DNA of 63,588 bases, counting the filler, from Octopus bimaculoides (taxonomy: Eukaryota): NCBI RefSeq assembly GCF_001194135.2. It is 7 parts of 7 records of this genome, joined end to end, with 100 filler letters (N's around TTAATTAATTAA, not from the genome) between each part and the next. Parts side by side here need not be neighbours in the genome. Positions count along the whole stretch, not along the records: positions 29,744 to 45,916 come from NC_068993.1; positions 46,017 to 47,728 come from NW_026361177.1; positions 47,829 to 56,974 come from NC_069005.1; 4 more parts are not named here. One strand, 5' to 3'. The position numbers were made by a program, and so were the translations under genes. How positions within the stretch are numbered: position 1 is the stretch's first letter; every line of letters starts with the position of its first letter. Of the stretch, positions 39,734 through 51,108 are shown one piece after another. Below the pieces are notes generated by a model. It did no database searches and had not been told where the DNA came from. It was given only the letters and a program-made list of their open reading frames with translations.

Positions 39734-41128
39734 TCATATGTGACGCTTCATATGCAGCGAAAGATGGTCGCTTCTAGAAAATGCCCGCTCGCACAGATGA
39801 CATTGGAAAGGTCTGTCTCCTGTGTGTTTTCGATAATGGCGGGTCAGTTCATCAGAACGAGCAAACTTCCAACCACAACCTTTCCAATTGCAGTGGTAAG
39901 GTTTCTCTCCCGTGTGTGTACGCAGATGAGCCTTGAGGTGAGAGCTCTTCGTATACGTTTTACTACATCCAGTATGAGTACATGTGTGGTTGGTCTGACG
40001 TTTGCGACCCCAAGAACGTCTGCCTCGTTTCTTTGGAACATTAACCCCGCCCTCAACAATGGATTGCTGCTGAGGAAGCAACAAGTCCACGAGTTGAGGA
40101 GACGCCGGAGGTGTAATCATTGGATGAGGTAACTGTAACATCGAATTCTGTGGGTTCCCCAGTTTAGGGAGAATATGAGGAGGCAGAAGGATGGACTGCT
40201 GGTGTGGGTGATGGGGGTGCATTATGCCTAATTGGTTGCACTGCATTTGTTTACGTTCGTCGTGCATTTCAGGGGACGCTGGTGGAGACATGTGACCTGG
40301 GATGACGTAATGCATTTGATTTGGTTGTTGTGCGGCACCTGCGGGCAAAGTATTCAATGTGGCGTTGTAAGTGGCACAAGATGAAGATATACTACCGTAT
40401 TCCTGTTTGGGAATAACATTCATTGGAGAGGATTTATATTCGGATTTAATTGTCATCATGTCAACCGGATTGCTGCTATGATGATGTTGATGCTGCTGCT
40501 GCTGCTGTTGATGATGGTGGTGATGATGATGATGATGATGACTTTCAGTATCAAACTTGATGTCAGGGATATCTAGAAAAGCTGAATGGAAGTCTGGGAG
40601 TGGCTCTAAAGTCTCCTGTTTGATTTTCATGGTTGGCTCCTCTTGATACAAACTTTGGTTTTCGGCGGTGTTGTTCAGAATGAAGTCTAAATCGAGCAGG
40701 TGCTCATAGTTATCCAACATCTGTTCTTGTCCAAGGTGGTTGCCCAATAAATAAGACAGCTGACTGCTGTATGAATGTTGCTTCATCATGTTAGACATAA
40801 CAGCTAAAGAACTCAGATTACTGCCAGTAATGATGTTGCTAGGGACCATGACGTTTGAAGGGTTATTAACATTGTTGTTGAGACTGTCTGTGGTTGTGGT
40901 GTTGTTGCTATTATTGTTGTTAACGCCACTATTATTCATGGCAAGGATGTGTAGGTTTCCAACGGTCGGCATATTTGCTGACGTGTTCAAGCTAGACTGT
41001 GGTGGTTGGTTAAGGGTCGGCCGGCTTGGACCGAGGGACAATTGATCCGACTGCGACATAATATGTAGCATGCTTGTTTCGTAAGGTGTGTTATCCTGGT
41101 ACAATAGGTTCTCCACTTCTTGCCAAGT
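39734..41128 (-). CDS. KLF2/4: Kruppel-like factor, KLF1/2/4 class, main coding exon containing all three C2H2 fingers
   Basis: Acceptor (T)n-catttcag|[30 protein letters not shown], then ...[75 protein letters not shown], near-identical to KLF2/KLF4. Also [13 protein letters not shown] and TPPASP motifs. Confidence 0.97.
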   Translation of the reverse strand, partial: TWQEVENLLYQDNTPYETSMLHIMSQSDQLSLGPSRPTLNQPPQSSLNTSANMPTVGNLHILAMNNSGVNNNNSNNTTTTDSLNNNVNNPSNVMVPSNIITGSNLSSLAVMSNMMKQHSYSSQLSYLLGNHLGQEQMLDNYEHLLDLDFILNNTAENQSLYQEEPTMKIKQETLEPLPDFHSAFLDIPDIKFDTESHHHHHHHHHHQQQQQQHQHHHSSNPVDMMTIKSEYKSSPMNVIPKQEYGSISSSCATYNATLNTLPAGAAQQPNQMHYVIPGHMSPPASPEMHDERKQMQCNQLGIMHPHHPHQQSILLPPHILPKLGNPQNSMLQLPHPMITPPASPQLVDLLLPQQQSIVEGGVNVPKKRGRRSWGRKRQTNHTCTHTGCSKTYTKSSHLKAHLRTHTGEKPYHCNWKGCGWKFARSDELTRHYRKHTGDRPFQCHLCERAFSRSDHLSLHMKRHI

Positions 41129-41195
41129 CTGAAATGAAAAAAAAAAAATTAATTAAAATAGTCTTCACATATATCTTGCTATATATTTTATTAGA

Positions 41196-41227
<32 letters not shown>

Positions 41228-41849
41228 NNNNNNNNNNNNNNNNNNNNNNNNNNNNNNNNNNNNNNNNNNNNNNNNNNNNNNNNNNNNNNNNNNNNNNNNN
41301 NNNNNNNNNNNNNNNNNNNNNNNNNNNNNNNNNNNNNNNNNNNNNNNNNNNNNNNNNNNNNNNNNNNNNNNNNNNNNNNNNNNNNNNNNNNNNNNNNNNN
41401 NNNNNNNNNNNNNNNNNNNNNNNNNNNNNNNNNNNNNNNNNNNNNNNNNNNNNNNNNNNNNNNNNNNNNNNNNNNNNNNNNNNNNNNNNNNNNNNNNNNN
41501 NNNNNNNNNNNNNNNNNNNNNNNNNNNNNNNNNNNNNNNNNNNNNNNNNNNNNNNNNNNNNNNNNNNNNNNNNNNNNNNNNNNNNNNNNNNNNNNNNNNN
41601 NNNNNNNNNNNNNNNNNNNNNNNNNNNNNNNNNNNNNNNNNNNTTAATAATAACAAATTTGGTTTCAAATTTTGGCACAATGCCAACAATTTCGGAGGAG
41701 GGTATAAGTCTATAACATCAGCCCTAATACTCAACGGACACTTATTTTATCCACCCCGAAAGGATGAAAAGTAAAGTCGACACCAGCGGCAGAAATCCCG
41801 CTAAGCATTTTTTCCGGCGTGGTAATGGTTTTGCCACCTCGCTATCTTA

Positions 41850-41911
<62 letters not shown>

Positions 41912-41915
41912 TAAC

Positions 41916-41952
<37 letters not shown>

Positions 41953-42210
41953 GTGGTTTCTGATTTAGACACAGTCATAATGGATTACGTCGATGCCATT
42001 AACCCCAGCAATTGACCAGTAATTTAATCGAACCCGGAAGGTAAAGTTTAACCTGGGTGTGATTTGAAGTCAGGATTTATAAAAGCTGGAAAAAAATGTC
42101 ACAAAAATAATGTTTACAGGGGATAATAAAAAAAAATGTTAGAAGAGATGTGAAAGTTATGACCGAAAATATGGAGAGCTTAGAACAAGGCAAAATTGTT
42201 TCACGAGTAC

Positions 42211-42268
<58 letters not shown>

Positions 42269-42362
42269 ATTTGAGTATTCCAGAGGTACAGGTTTCTCTT
42301 AACGCAATCCTTATTGATTCAGTTGGAGAATTAAATTCAGGTTTCATAGAATACTCGTTCAC

Positions 42363-42371
42363 CTTCATCAT
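42363..42371 (-). CDS. KLF2/4: Predicted first coding micro-segment of KLF (Met-Met-Lys)
   Basis: Minus strand ATG ATG AAG|gtgaac. The phase-0 donor matches the phase-0 acceptor at 41128, giving [12 protein letters not shown]. It lies ~215 nt downstream of the TATA/Inr. Confidence 0.6.
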
Positions 42372-42579
42372 AAGTCAATGAGTAAGGAGATCAGCTAATT
42401 GGGCAACCGAAATTATCATCGCTGAAAACGAGGGAGATCCTTTGTCTTATGATTTAGAATAGGAAAAGTGGTCTCCGAGATTGGCGAGAGGGTAAAGAGA
42501 ACAAGATATCCTTGGTTTCCAGTGCTGGTTCCAAAATTTGCAAGACTAGACTCCATAAAGGTACGGAGGGGGTCAGGTG

Positions 42580-42695
42580 CAGGTGCTGAATAAGGAGGCG
42601 GACACTTGTATATATATAAAGAGGGTTGCGGCTTCCTGGATGTAAGTTGGGATCTGAACAACCCCGGGTGGTTCGCTTGGGTGGGGGTGCCTTGA
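42580..42695 (-). promoter_or_regulatory. KLF core promoter: TATA, Inr, GC box and CACCC boxes
   Basis: Minus strand TATATATATA at 42618-42609; TCAGC Inr-like with A at 42587 (31 nt from the TATA start). GGAGGCGG at ~42594-42601; GGGTGG and GGGTGGGGGTG at ~42666-42689. Confidence 0.6.
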
Positions 42696-43225
42696 CACAG
42701 ATGATTTGTCTCTGCTCATCCTGGAAATACATCTTGCATATACATCGTGCATACACACACGCAGACATATAAATATGTTTGTGTGTATGCGCACGCGTTG
42801 TGTGTGTGTGTGTTTGTGTGTGCATGTGTTGTGCGTGTGGGATTATTAAGGAATAGAATACTAACAATTGGAAGCACTTTTGTGCGTTCCTTCCTTGTAC
42901 ATTCCTCATCAAGTGGAATATGGTAATGCGACAATTTCTCGGGGACAAGAGACATCGATACCGCCATTTCTCAGTTGTAGTTTTTAAAGAATATTTTTTG
43001 AAGAAAAACAGTTTTTTGAATTGTTCTTGTTTAATCGTTACTGTCTTTTCCTCTTCGTTCTTTCTTTCGTTTTTCTTTCTCTCTCTACTTATTAAAACAT
43101 CCCTTCATTTTCTTTTATGTGTTTGTTTTTGTTGATCCTTGCTGATATTTTGTATGCAAATATTTTAAAATAATCCTCTTTAGGTTTTATTGTTGGCCTT
43201 TGTTTAAATATAAACAAAAATAATT

Positions 43226-43281
<56 letters not shown>

Positions 43282-44089
43282 TTTCGTGGTAGGAATATAT
43301 CCAGATATTTTCCGTTCTGATCCGATTCTCTTAATAATAATGTTTGTTGTATTTCGTTTCCTTGTACGTATCCGTTCCTAATGCTTGATATCCAACAGCA
43401 GACGACCTGAACTTATGGTGAAACGTTAACCACAGTGTACATTTGTGTATATATATCAGGTGTGTATACATATCTATGTACACAAATGGATGTTGCAATA
43501 TTCATGTCGTTCCCAAAAAAGCAAAATGTAGCTTAGGGTGAAGTGATTAGTTTCTCCACAGCCCTTTTTTTTCCCTCCTTCCTTGATGTTTGGTTCTAAG
43601 AATACAAAAATGCACTTTTGTGCATGTTTGTGTATATATGTATGTATGTTTTGTGTGCCATTGTCTGAGCGTTTGTGCATATGTCACAATTGCATTTGTT
43701 TATGCGTAAGTGCATATGCAGCAGAAATGTTTTTAGATGAAAAATTTAAATATGAACGTCTACAACTGGCAGAGGAACGAGGAGGAGGCCTCTGGCAAGT
43801 AACTGACATGCGTGACTGCAAACGTCCAACTGCATCACAACAGCAGCCGAAAACAACAATAACAACAACAACAGCCCATCACACTGAACAGCATATCTTT
43901 CTCCTCTTCACCTATTCCTCATAATTTTCATCACGGTCATCATCATCATCATCATCATCATCATCGTCATCGTCATCGTCATAATCCTCACCAATATATA
44001 AATGCCAATCAGGCAACAACAACAACAACAACAACAACAACGACGACGACGACAACAACAATTTAAGTATGTAAGTAAGCAAGCAACTG

Positions 44090-44139
44090 AACCTTATCCT
44101 AACCCTAACCCTAACCCTAACCCTAACCCTAACCCCAAC
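44090..44139. repeat. Interstitial telomere-like repeat (CCCTAA)5 with degenerate flanks
   Basis: Five perfect CCCTAA units at 44103-44132. Confidence 0.85.
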
Positions 44140-44341
44140 TGAGCCGCCGCGACCTTCACATCGTGATCTAACGTACTTTATGGAAAGCACGTGATATATT
44201 TGACCGTATAAACTAAATCAGAGGATCAAGTAATCCTATCACAATAGATATACTTGTTGTTGTTGTTGTTGTTGCTGTTGTTGTTGTTGTTGTTATTGAC
44301 CATATTTAAATCCGATCAAAATGAACCGGGTACCTGTCGAT

Positions 44342-44422
<81 letters not shown>

Positions 44423-44711
44423 GTGTACGTCTATGCATACATACACACACATATGCATACATGTACACACACACACTCACGTATCTATATGTATACACAT
44501 ACACATACATAAATATATATATTTGAACTTAACCAAAAGGTCTGGTTTCAAATATTATACACACATACACAGAGCACATATAAACACGTACACATACAGA
44601 TTTTGGTGAGTCCTTGGTTGGAGTATTGCCCAATTCATGAGTATAGCCATAACCACAGAGTAAAACTTATCGCTTTAATCCCAGATGATCGATATAATAA
44701 AAAGCTCTGTC

Positions 44712-44765
<54 letters not shown>

Positions 44766-45176
44766 GTTAATGATTTAGGCACAAGGCCAGTAGTTTTTGA
44801 TGGGAGGGTCTAATTAATACTATCGACTCCAGTACTTGTTTGGTACTTTATTTTATCGACTTCTAAGGGATGAAAAGCAAAGTTAGCATCGGCGGGATTT
44901 GAACTGCGAACGTAAAGGTATGTAACCAAATAAAGAAAGGCATTTTTGTTCGTACTAGCAACCCAGTTAATCCACAATAATGATAATACATGATGATGAT
45001 GATGATGTTGATGCTGTGATAAGTTTGAACGCCGCCCCCCCCCCACACGCACACGCACACACAACGCGCGCGTGAATGCTCACAGATATATGTATATATT
45101 TGCATATACCTATATGTGTATATATTTTATATATCTGTATATGTATGTATACATAGCATACATATGCGTATGTACG

Positions 45177-45256
<80 letters not shown>

Positions 45257-46559
45257 CGTTTATCTATGTATATTATTGTATGTGTGCGAATTTATAAATA
45301 TCTCAAGCATAACACCTGTACTGAAGTACATGCATAAAGCCCTACGGCTGTATGTTTGTATGTATGTATGTATGGATGGATGTATCTATGTATGTATATA
45401 TGTATGTATGCATGTATGTGTGTGTGTATATATAACTATTTATATGTATGTATATGTATGTGTGTATTGTTTATGAGCATAAACGACATAGTGGGGTCGT
45501 ACAGACAGCCAATCACACAATACTTCTCACACACACACATACATTTACACACGCACACACACACACACGCACGCATATTGAGTATTGTGTGATTGGTTGT
45601 CTGTGCTCCCCCAGACATCCAGCCCAACCAAGCCCCTTATCCTCATAAACAATACACCAGTATTTCAGTAGTATTGCCCCAGATATGGTGAATATTTGGG
45701 TCATATTTTACAGGGCATGAAGGGGTCTCTTCGAAGGGAGAAAGCAACCTTTATATCAGAAATGGTGATGATAATGGTTGTTGCTGTCGTGGTGGTGGTG
45801 GTGTTGGTGTTATACTGAAGAAGAGATATCAGTTGCGAAGTATCAACACTAAATTCACAAGTGGTCCTTAAACTGGTTTGACGATATATACATATGTATA
45901 CATATATATATATATANNNNNNNNNNNNNNNNNNNNNNNNNNNNNNNNNNNNNNNNNNNNTTAATTAATTAANNNNNNNNNNNNNNNNNNNNNNNNNNNN
46001 NNNNNNNNNNNNNNNNCCCAACAATTCAACTTCTCTGGTTGACATTAACACCCCCACCCCCAATAGTGGGGGGGGCCTTCATTCCCACATTTTAGAGCGC
46101 CATGAGCTCCATTTTTCAGGAGCAAAATCATTTTTACTGGTTCCAGAAGACTGAAATTTTGGAATATGCGCATAAAGATCAATAGTATGGGATACATGTC
46201 TCATGATTAGAATTTTTTTAAGGTGTGTAAAGAGGGAAACAGCCCTCATGTGCAATTTTCATGAAATTCGAATCATATGTATTGCAGTTCCTTAGAGAAA
46301 ATATAACAGAAAAGTCTCATTCTTCAATTGCATGTAAGACGGTCAACGCCGGGTATCTCTGCTAGTTTATATATAAAGGTGACTTCTGTGATGATACAAA
46401 TATCTTCTACTGATTACTGATGTTGCAACGAAGGCTTTGTAAATCTAATTCAAATCACAAATATTTTGAACATCCATTCTTTTCTCATATTTTAAATGCA
46501 TGTGTGTTTTTCATCCATACTTTACGTGGTGATTTAAATCTGTATTCTATCTTATATAA

Positions 46560-47230
46560 TAAAATACACGTAAAGCGAACAGAACATTCGTGAAGAAGAA
46601 AAGAAAGCCTTACAAACACTGAAGAATGACAAGTCAATCATCCTAAAAGAAAGCGATTAGGGTAGGGTGATAGCAACCATGGACAAAGACTACTATAATG
46701 ATAAAATATTGGAAACAGACCAAACCAGCTACAAGGAAGAACCAAGACACCCGGAAAAAGTAATAATGAATACGTTCAAACGTCTAATAAATGAATACCA
46801 ACGTTCATTCACAGACAGAAAAAAGATTATTTATCAAAGAGAGTAATTTCTATGGATCACCCAAGATCCATGAATGCTCCGAAATACAGAGAGCCATAAA
46901 TGAACAGAGGAATCAGCACATAAAAATACTAAAACTTTCTGACTTCAAATTAAGACCAACAGTTGCTGGACCTTAAACCCCCGGAGCCAACTTTTGGATA
47001 TACTCCTCAAACCGTTATGCCCGAGATGACATGGATTTCCTCAAACACATTCCACCCACTGTCCCAGAACGTACTATACTTACAGGCTTTGACTAATCTT
47101 TATACTAATATACATCACACTTTGGGCCTGGAAGCAATCAAATATTGGGTAGAAAAACATAGCGGACGGATGGACGAACGATTCAAAACGAACTTCATTT
47201 CCAAAGACACGCATACCTTGTACTAGAAGA
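46560..47230 (+). mobile_element. Degenerate Penelope-like element, RT N-terminal/core
   Basis: NIREEEKKALQTLKNDKSII, FYGSPKIH...LRPTVAGP, LTNLYTNIHHTLGLEAIKYW. Confidence 0.8.
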
Positions 47231-47829
47231 CAACACGGGTGTTATGATCTACAGTCACACTGTATGATTTGTTCCTTTCTTATGGGCAGAATCGGCAGAG
47301 CAGATATATAGCGAACTGGATTACTAGCAAAATGGAAGCTATTGTCTGTTTAAAAGTGGAGGGGCGGAGGGTACAATTTGCCTGGGTTTGCATGAAAGTG
47401 CTTTCTGCTCTTAAGATGAATTACAAACTATGTATTATTTCATTGTATAAAAGGGGGTTAATATGAGACTGCCCAGAAATCACCTTTTCAAAATTTTAAT
47501 TCACCCTGTTTCCACTGTAATTTCTTGATTTGTAACTTTTCGAATTTCTCTTTTCATCCACGTAGAATTTAGAGATTAAAAATCTGCGAAATAAATATTT
47601 TTAAAGTTTAGTTTTTCTTAAAGAAATACTCAATGTCCCTTCCTCCTCGCCCACCCATCACCCCTTTCAAAATGCTAAAACATCTTAATGTTTCACTTTT
47701 GTCTGATGTTTTACGCATGCGTAGAACTNNNNNNNNNNNNNNNNNNNNNNNNNNNNNNNNNNNNNNNNNNNNTTAATTAATTAANNNNNNNNNNNNNNNN
47801 NNNNNNNNNNNNNNNNNNNNNNNNNNNNG

Positions 47830-48126
47830 ACTGGCTCCTGTAGGATTTTCGAGCGAGATCGTTGCCAGTGCCCCTGGACTGGCTTGTGCGGGTGGCACAT
47901 AAAAGACACCATTTCGAGCGTGGCCGTTTTCGTGCGGGTGACACGTAAAAGCACCCACTACACTCTCTGAGTGGTTGGTGTTAGGAAGGGCATCCAGCTG
48001 TAGAAACTCTGCCAAATCAGACTGGAGCCTGGTGTTGCCATCCGGTTTCACCAGTCCTCAGTCAAATCGTCCAACCCATGCTAGCATGGAAAGCGGACGT
48101 TAAACGATGATGATGATGATGATGAT
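47830..48126 (+). mobile_element. RTE-family 3' UTR / associated SINE with (GAT)n tail
   Basis: gtggttggtgttaggaagggcatccagctgtagaaactctgcc...gcatggaaagcggacgttaaacgatgatg; homologous to 56012-56395(+) and 48526-48720(-). Confidence 0.75.
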
Positions 48127-50270
48127 GGCAGCAGAGTCCAAACTGAGTTTAGTTGTTATCTCCTTTTGAAATCTACCATCCTTTGTCAGAGTGGATCCTA
48201 AGTATTTGGAGGCGTCCTCTTCATCAAGTCTTACTTCATTCAGCATGATATTGGTTGCTGTGTTCTGGTAACCAGAGGCTTGTTCTTTTCCATGCTAATC
48301 TCCATCCCGCATGCTTTTGATATTTTTTCCAGTCTGGTGGTGATCTCCTCGAGTTCTGCTTCACTGCTTCCTAATAAGTCAATATCACCAGCAAATTGCA
48401 GGTTGGAAATGAGCTGTCCTCTAATGGATATAGAAGGGTGAACGTTTTGGTGTCTCTCCTGCATGATGTTCTCTAGGAAGATGTAGAAACACACTGGAAA
48501 GAGGAGACATTCTTGTTGCACTTTTATCATCATCATCATCATTTAACATCCGCTTTCCATGCTGGCATGGATTGAGCAGCTTGACTGAAAACTGGTAAAC
48601 CAGGGGACTGCACCAGGTTCCAATCTGATTTGGCAAGATTTCTACGATTGGATGCCCTTCCTAATGCCAACCACTCTGAGAGTGCAGTGGGTGCTTTTTA
48701 CACACCACCAGCATGGATGCCATTGACCTGATACCACTTGGTTTGACAGGTCAACACAAGTATGGTATATCACCAAGGGTATCAGTCACCTGTCACTACC
48801 TCTATGAGGCCCAACACTTGAATGGTGCTTTTTATGTACCACCGGCACAGGTGCCAGTCAGACAGCACTGGCATTGGCCATGACTACAATTTCACTTGGT
48901 TCCCCAGGTCTTCACAAGTACAGCATATTGCCCAACAATTCAAGGGTGCTTTTAACAGGCCAGTTACACAACACTGGCATTGTCCACAACTATGATCTCA
49001 CTCGGCTTAACTTCACTGCCTCTATGTGGCCCAATGCACGAACAGTGCTTTTTACGTACCACCAGCACAAGTGCCAGTCAGACGGCACTGGCATCAGCCA
49101 CAACTATGATTTCACTTGGTTCAACAGGTCTTCACAAGCATAGCATATCACCCAACAATTGAAGGGTGCTTTTAACAGGCCAGTTAAATGACACTGACAT
49201 CAGCCATGACTACGATCTCACTTGGCTTGACAGGTCTTCTCAAGCACAGCATATCTCCAAAGGTCTCAGCTGCTTGGCATTGCTTCTGAGAAGCCCAACG
49301 TTCGAAGATCATGCTTCACCATTTCAAACCATGACTTCCTGAGTCTTCCTCTTCGACAGGTTCCCTCCACTGTTAGAGTGTAACACTTCTTCACAGCTTT
49401 CCTCATCCATACACATCACATAACCATACCAACACAGTTGTCTCTCTTGCACACATCTGATGCTTCTTATGTCCAACTTTTCTCTCAGGTCACTTACTCT
49501 GTCACACATACACACTGACATTACACATCCAGCAGAACATACTAGCTTCATTTCTTACAAGCCTACACATGTCCTCAGCAGTTACAGCCCATGTTGCACT
49601 GTCATATAGCATTGATGTTCGCACACAAACATCATACAGTCTGCCTTTCATTTTGTCTTGAAGAATTCTTAAATATTGTTGTTCAGCACTATTGGAGTTT
49701 TCATATAATGCTTGGATTACTTCACTGGAGTTGTTAAAGTTGTAATTCTTCATCACCTGCCACAACCCACCATGCCAAACACAGTGAAATACCTTTTTGA
49801 AGTCATTCAAGTTGTGATAGAGGTCAGACTGGTGCTGCACATATTTCTCAGTGAGCATGTCTGATGTTAAGTATCTTTTTCACAGAACTCCTTTTAGGCT
49901 TAAATCCTGCCTGCTCTACACGGATTTCTTCTACTTTCCCCTTAAGTCTGTTTACCAGAACTTTTAACAATACTTTGCTGGGGTGGATAATTAGGCTGAT
50001 TTTTCTATAATTCTGACAGAATCTTAAACTTCCCTTCTTGGGAATAAGTATCAGTGGTGGGGTCCACTCTTCTGGCCACTGTTCATCTTTTGTATCTTCT
50101 AACAGGCAAACTGTTAGTGCCTTGATAAACTTTGGCCCTCCATGATTTAGGAACTCTAATGGGATGTTATCCCTCCTTTACAACAAGGGTATGATATGAG
50201 ATAGGGTTTTGCTGCTCTTTCTAGCATGTGAAACGACTGTGTAGAGACTTCTTTGTCAGAAACAGTGTAA
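48127..50270 (-). mobile_element. Older RTE-type LINE RT (48127-48525 plus 49651-50270), split by a younger truncated RTE copy (48526-49650)
   Basis: Host reads DFKKVFHCVWHGGLWQVM...IQALYENSNSA..EFFKT|..VQQECLLFPVCFYIFLENIMQE...NLQFAGDIDL. The insert has LREKLDIRSIRCVQERQLCWYGYV, a tandemly repetitive 3' UTR and an (ATC)n tail at 48526. Confidence 0.75.
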
Positions 50271-51108
50271 CACAAGAATATCAACATATCAGAAATGCAG
50301 TACACGGTTGTATCAGAGAAATATTAGAAATGAAATATTAGAAATGAAAGACAGATAGTATGTCAGCGACACTCATTACACTCATTTTGTGTAAGTACCC
50401 TGCAATTAGAGTTCATTCCTGCAGCAAGGAAAACTGTTTACTGACGGCAACTTCATCAAAGAGTGTATGATACAAGCTGCAAATGACTAGTGTCCTGAGA
50501 AATTTGATATGTTTGGAAGTATCAGCCCTTCAGCAAGTTCAGTTTTGCAGAGACAGAAGAACTTGGAGAGAACATAGTGCTACAGATACATAAGAAAGCT
50601 AGGAACTTCTTACAGTATTCTCTGGTGCTGGATGAGTTTACTGATCTCTCAAGTATGTCACAACTTCTCGTGTTCATTTGTAATATTAATTTGGACTTTC
50701 AAATCACAGAAAAGTTGGCATCCATTTGCAGCATGCACAGAACAACAACTGAAGAAGACATTTTGATGGAAGTGTAGAAAACTTTGCAAGGCTTTAACCT
50801 TCAGTGGAATCAGCTTCGATGTGTTACAGTTAATGGAGGAAAAAACATGCCTGGAGTGAAGGGCCTGGTGGGGCAGATCAGGACTAAGTAGGAACATCTT
50901 TAACTTCCAGGTGTTCTGCTTATACACTGCATTATACAACAGCAAGTACTCTGTGGAGAAAGACTTAAATATTTCTCGCATACTGAAACCAGCCATTTCT
51001 GTGGTGAACTTCATTCGGGTTTAAGTACTTAATCAACACCAGTTCCAGGTTTTTCTTGAAGAAATTGATTCTGAATTCTGTGACTTGCCTTATCACACAG
51101 CATTAGGT

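Noticed and set aside
39668-40132. 154-aa plus-strand ORF overlapping the KLF zinc fingers
   Set aside because: Antisense shadow of a constrained coding region.
43204-43213. MEF2-like site (TTAAATATAA) upstream of KLF
   Set aside because: It fits YTAWWWWTAR, but such matches are common in AT-rich DNA; unsupported without conservation data.
48860-49260. CRISPR-like repeat array
   Set aside because: Degenerate tandem units of a LINE 3' UTR, with no constant repeat/unique spacer pattern; eukaryotic context.
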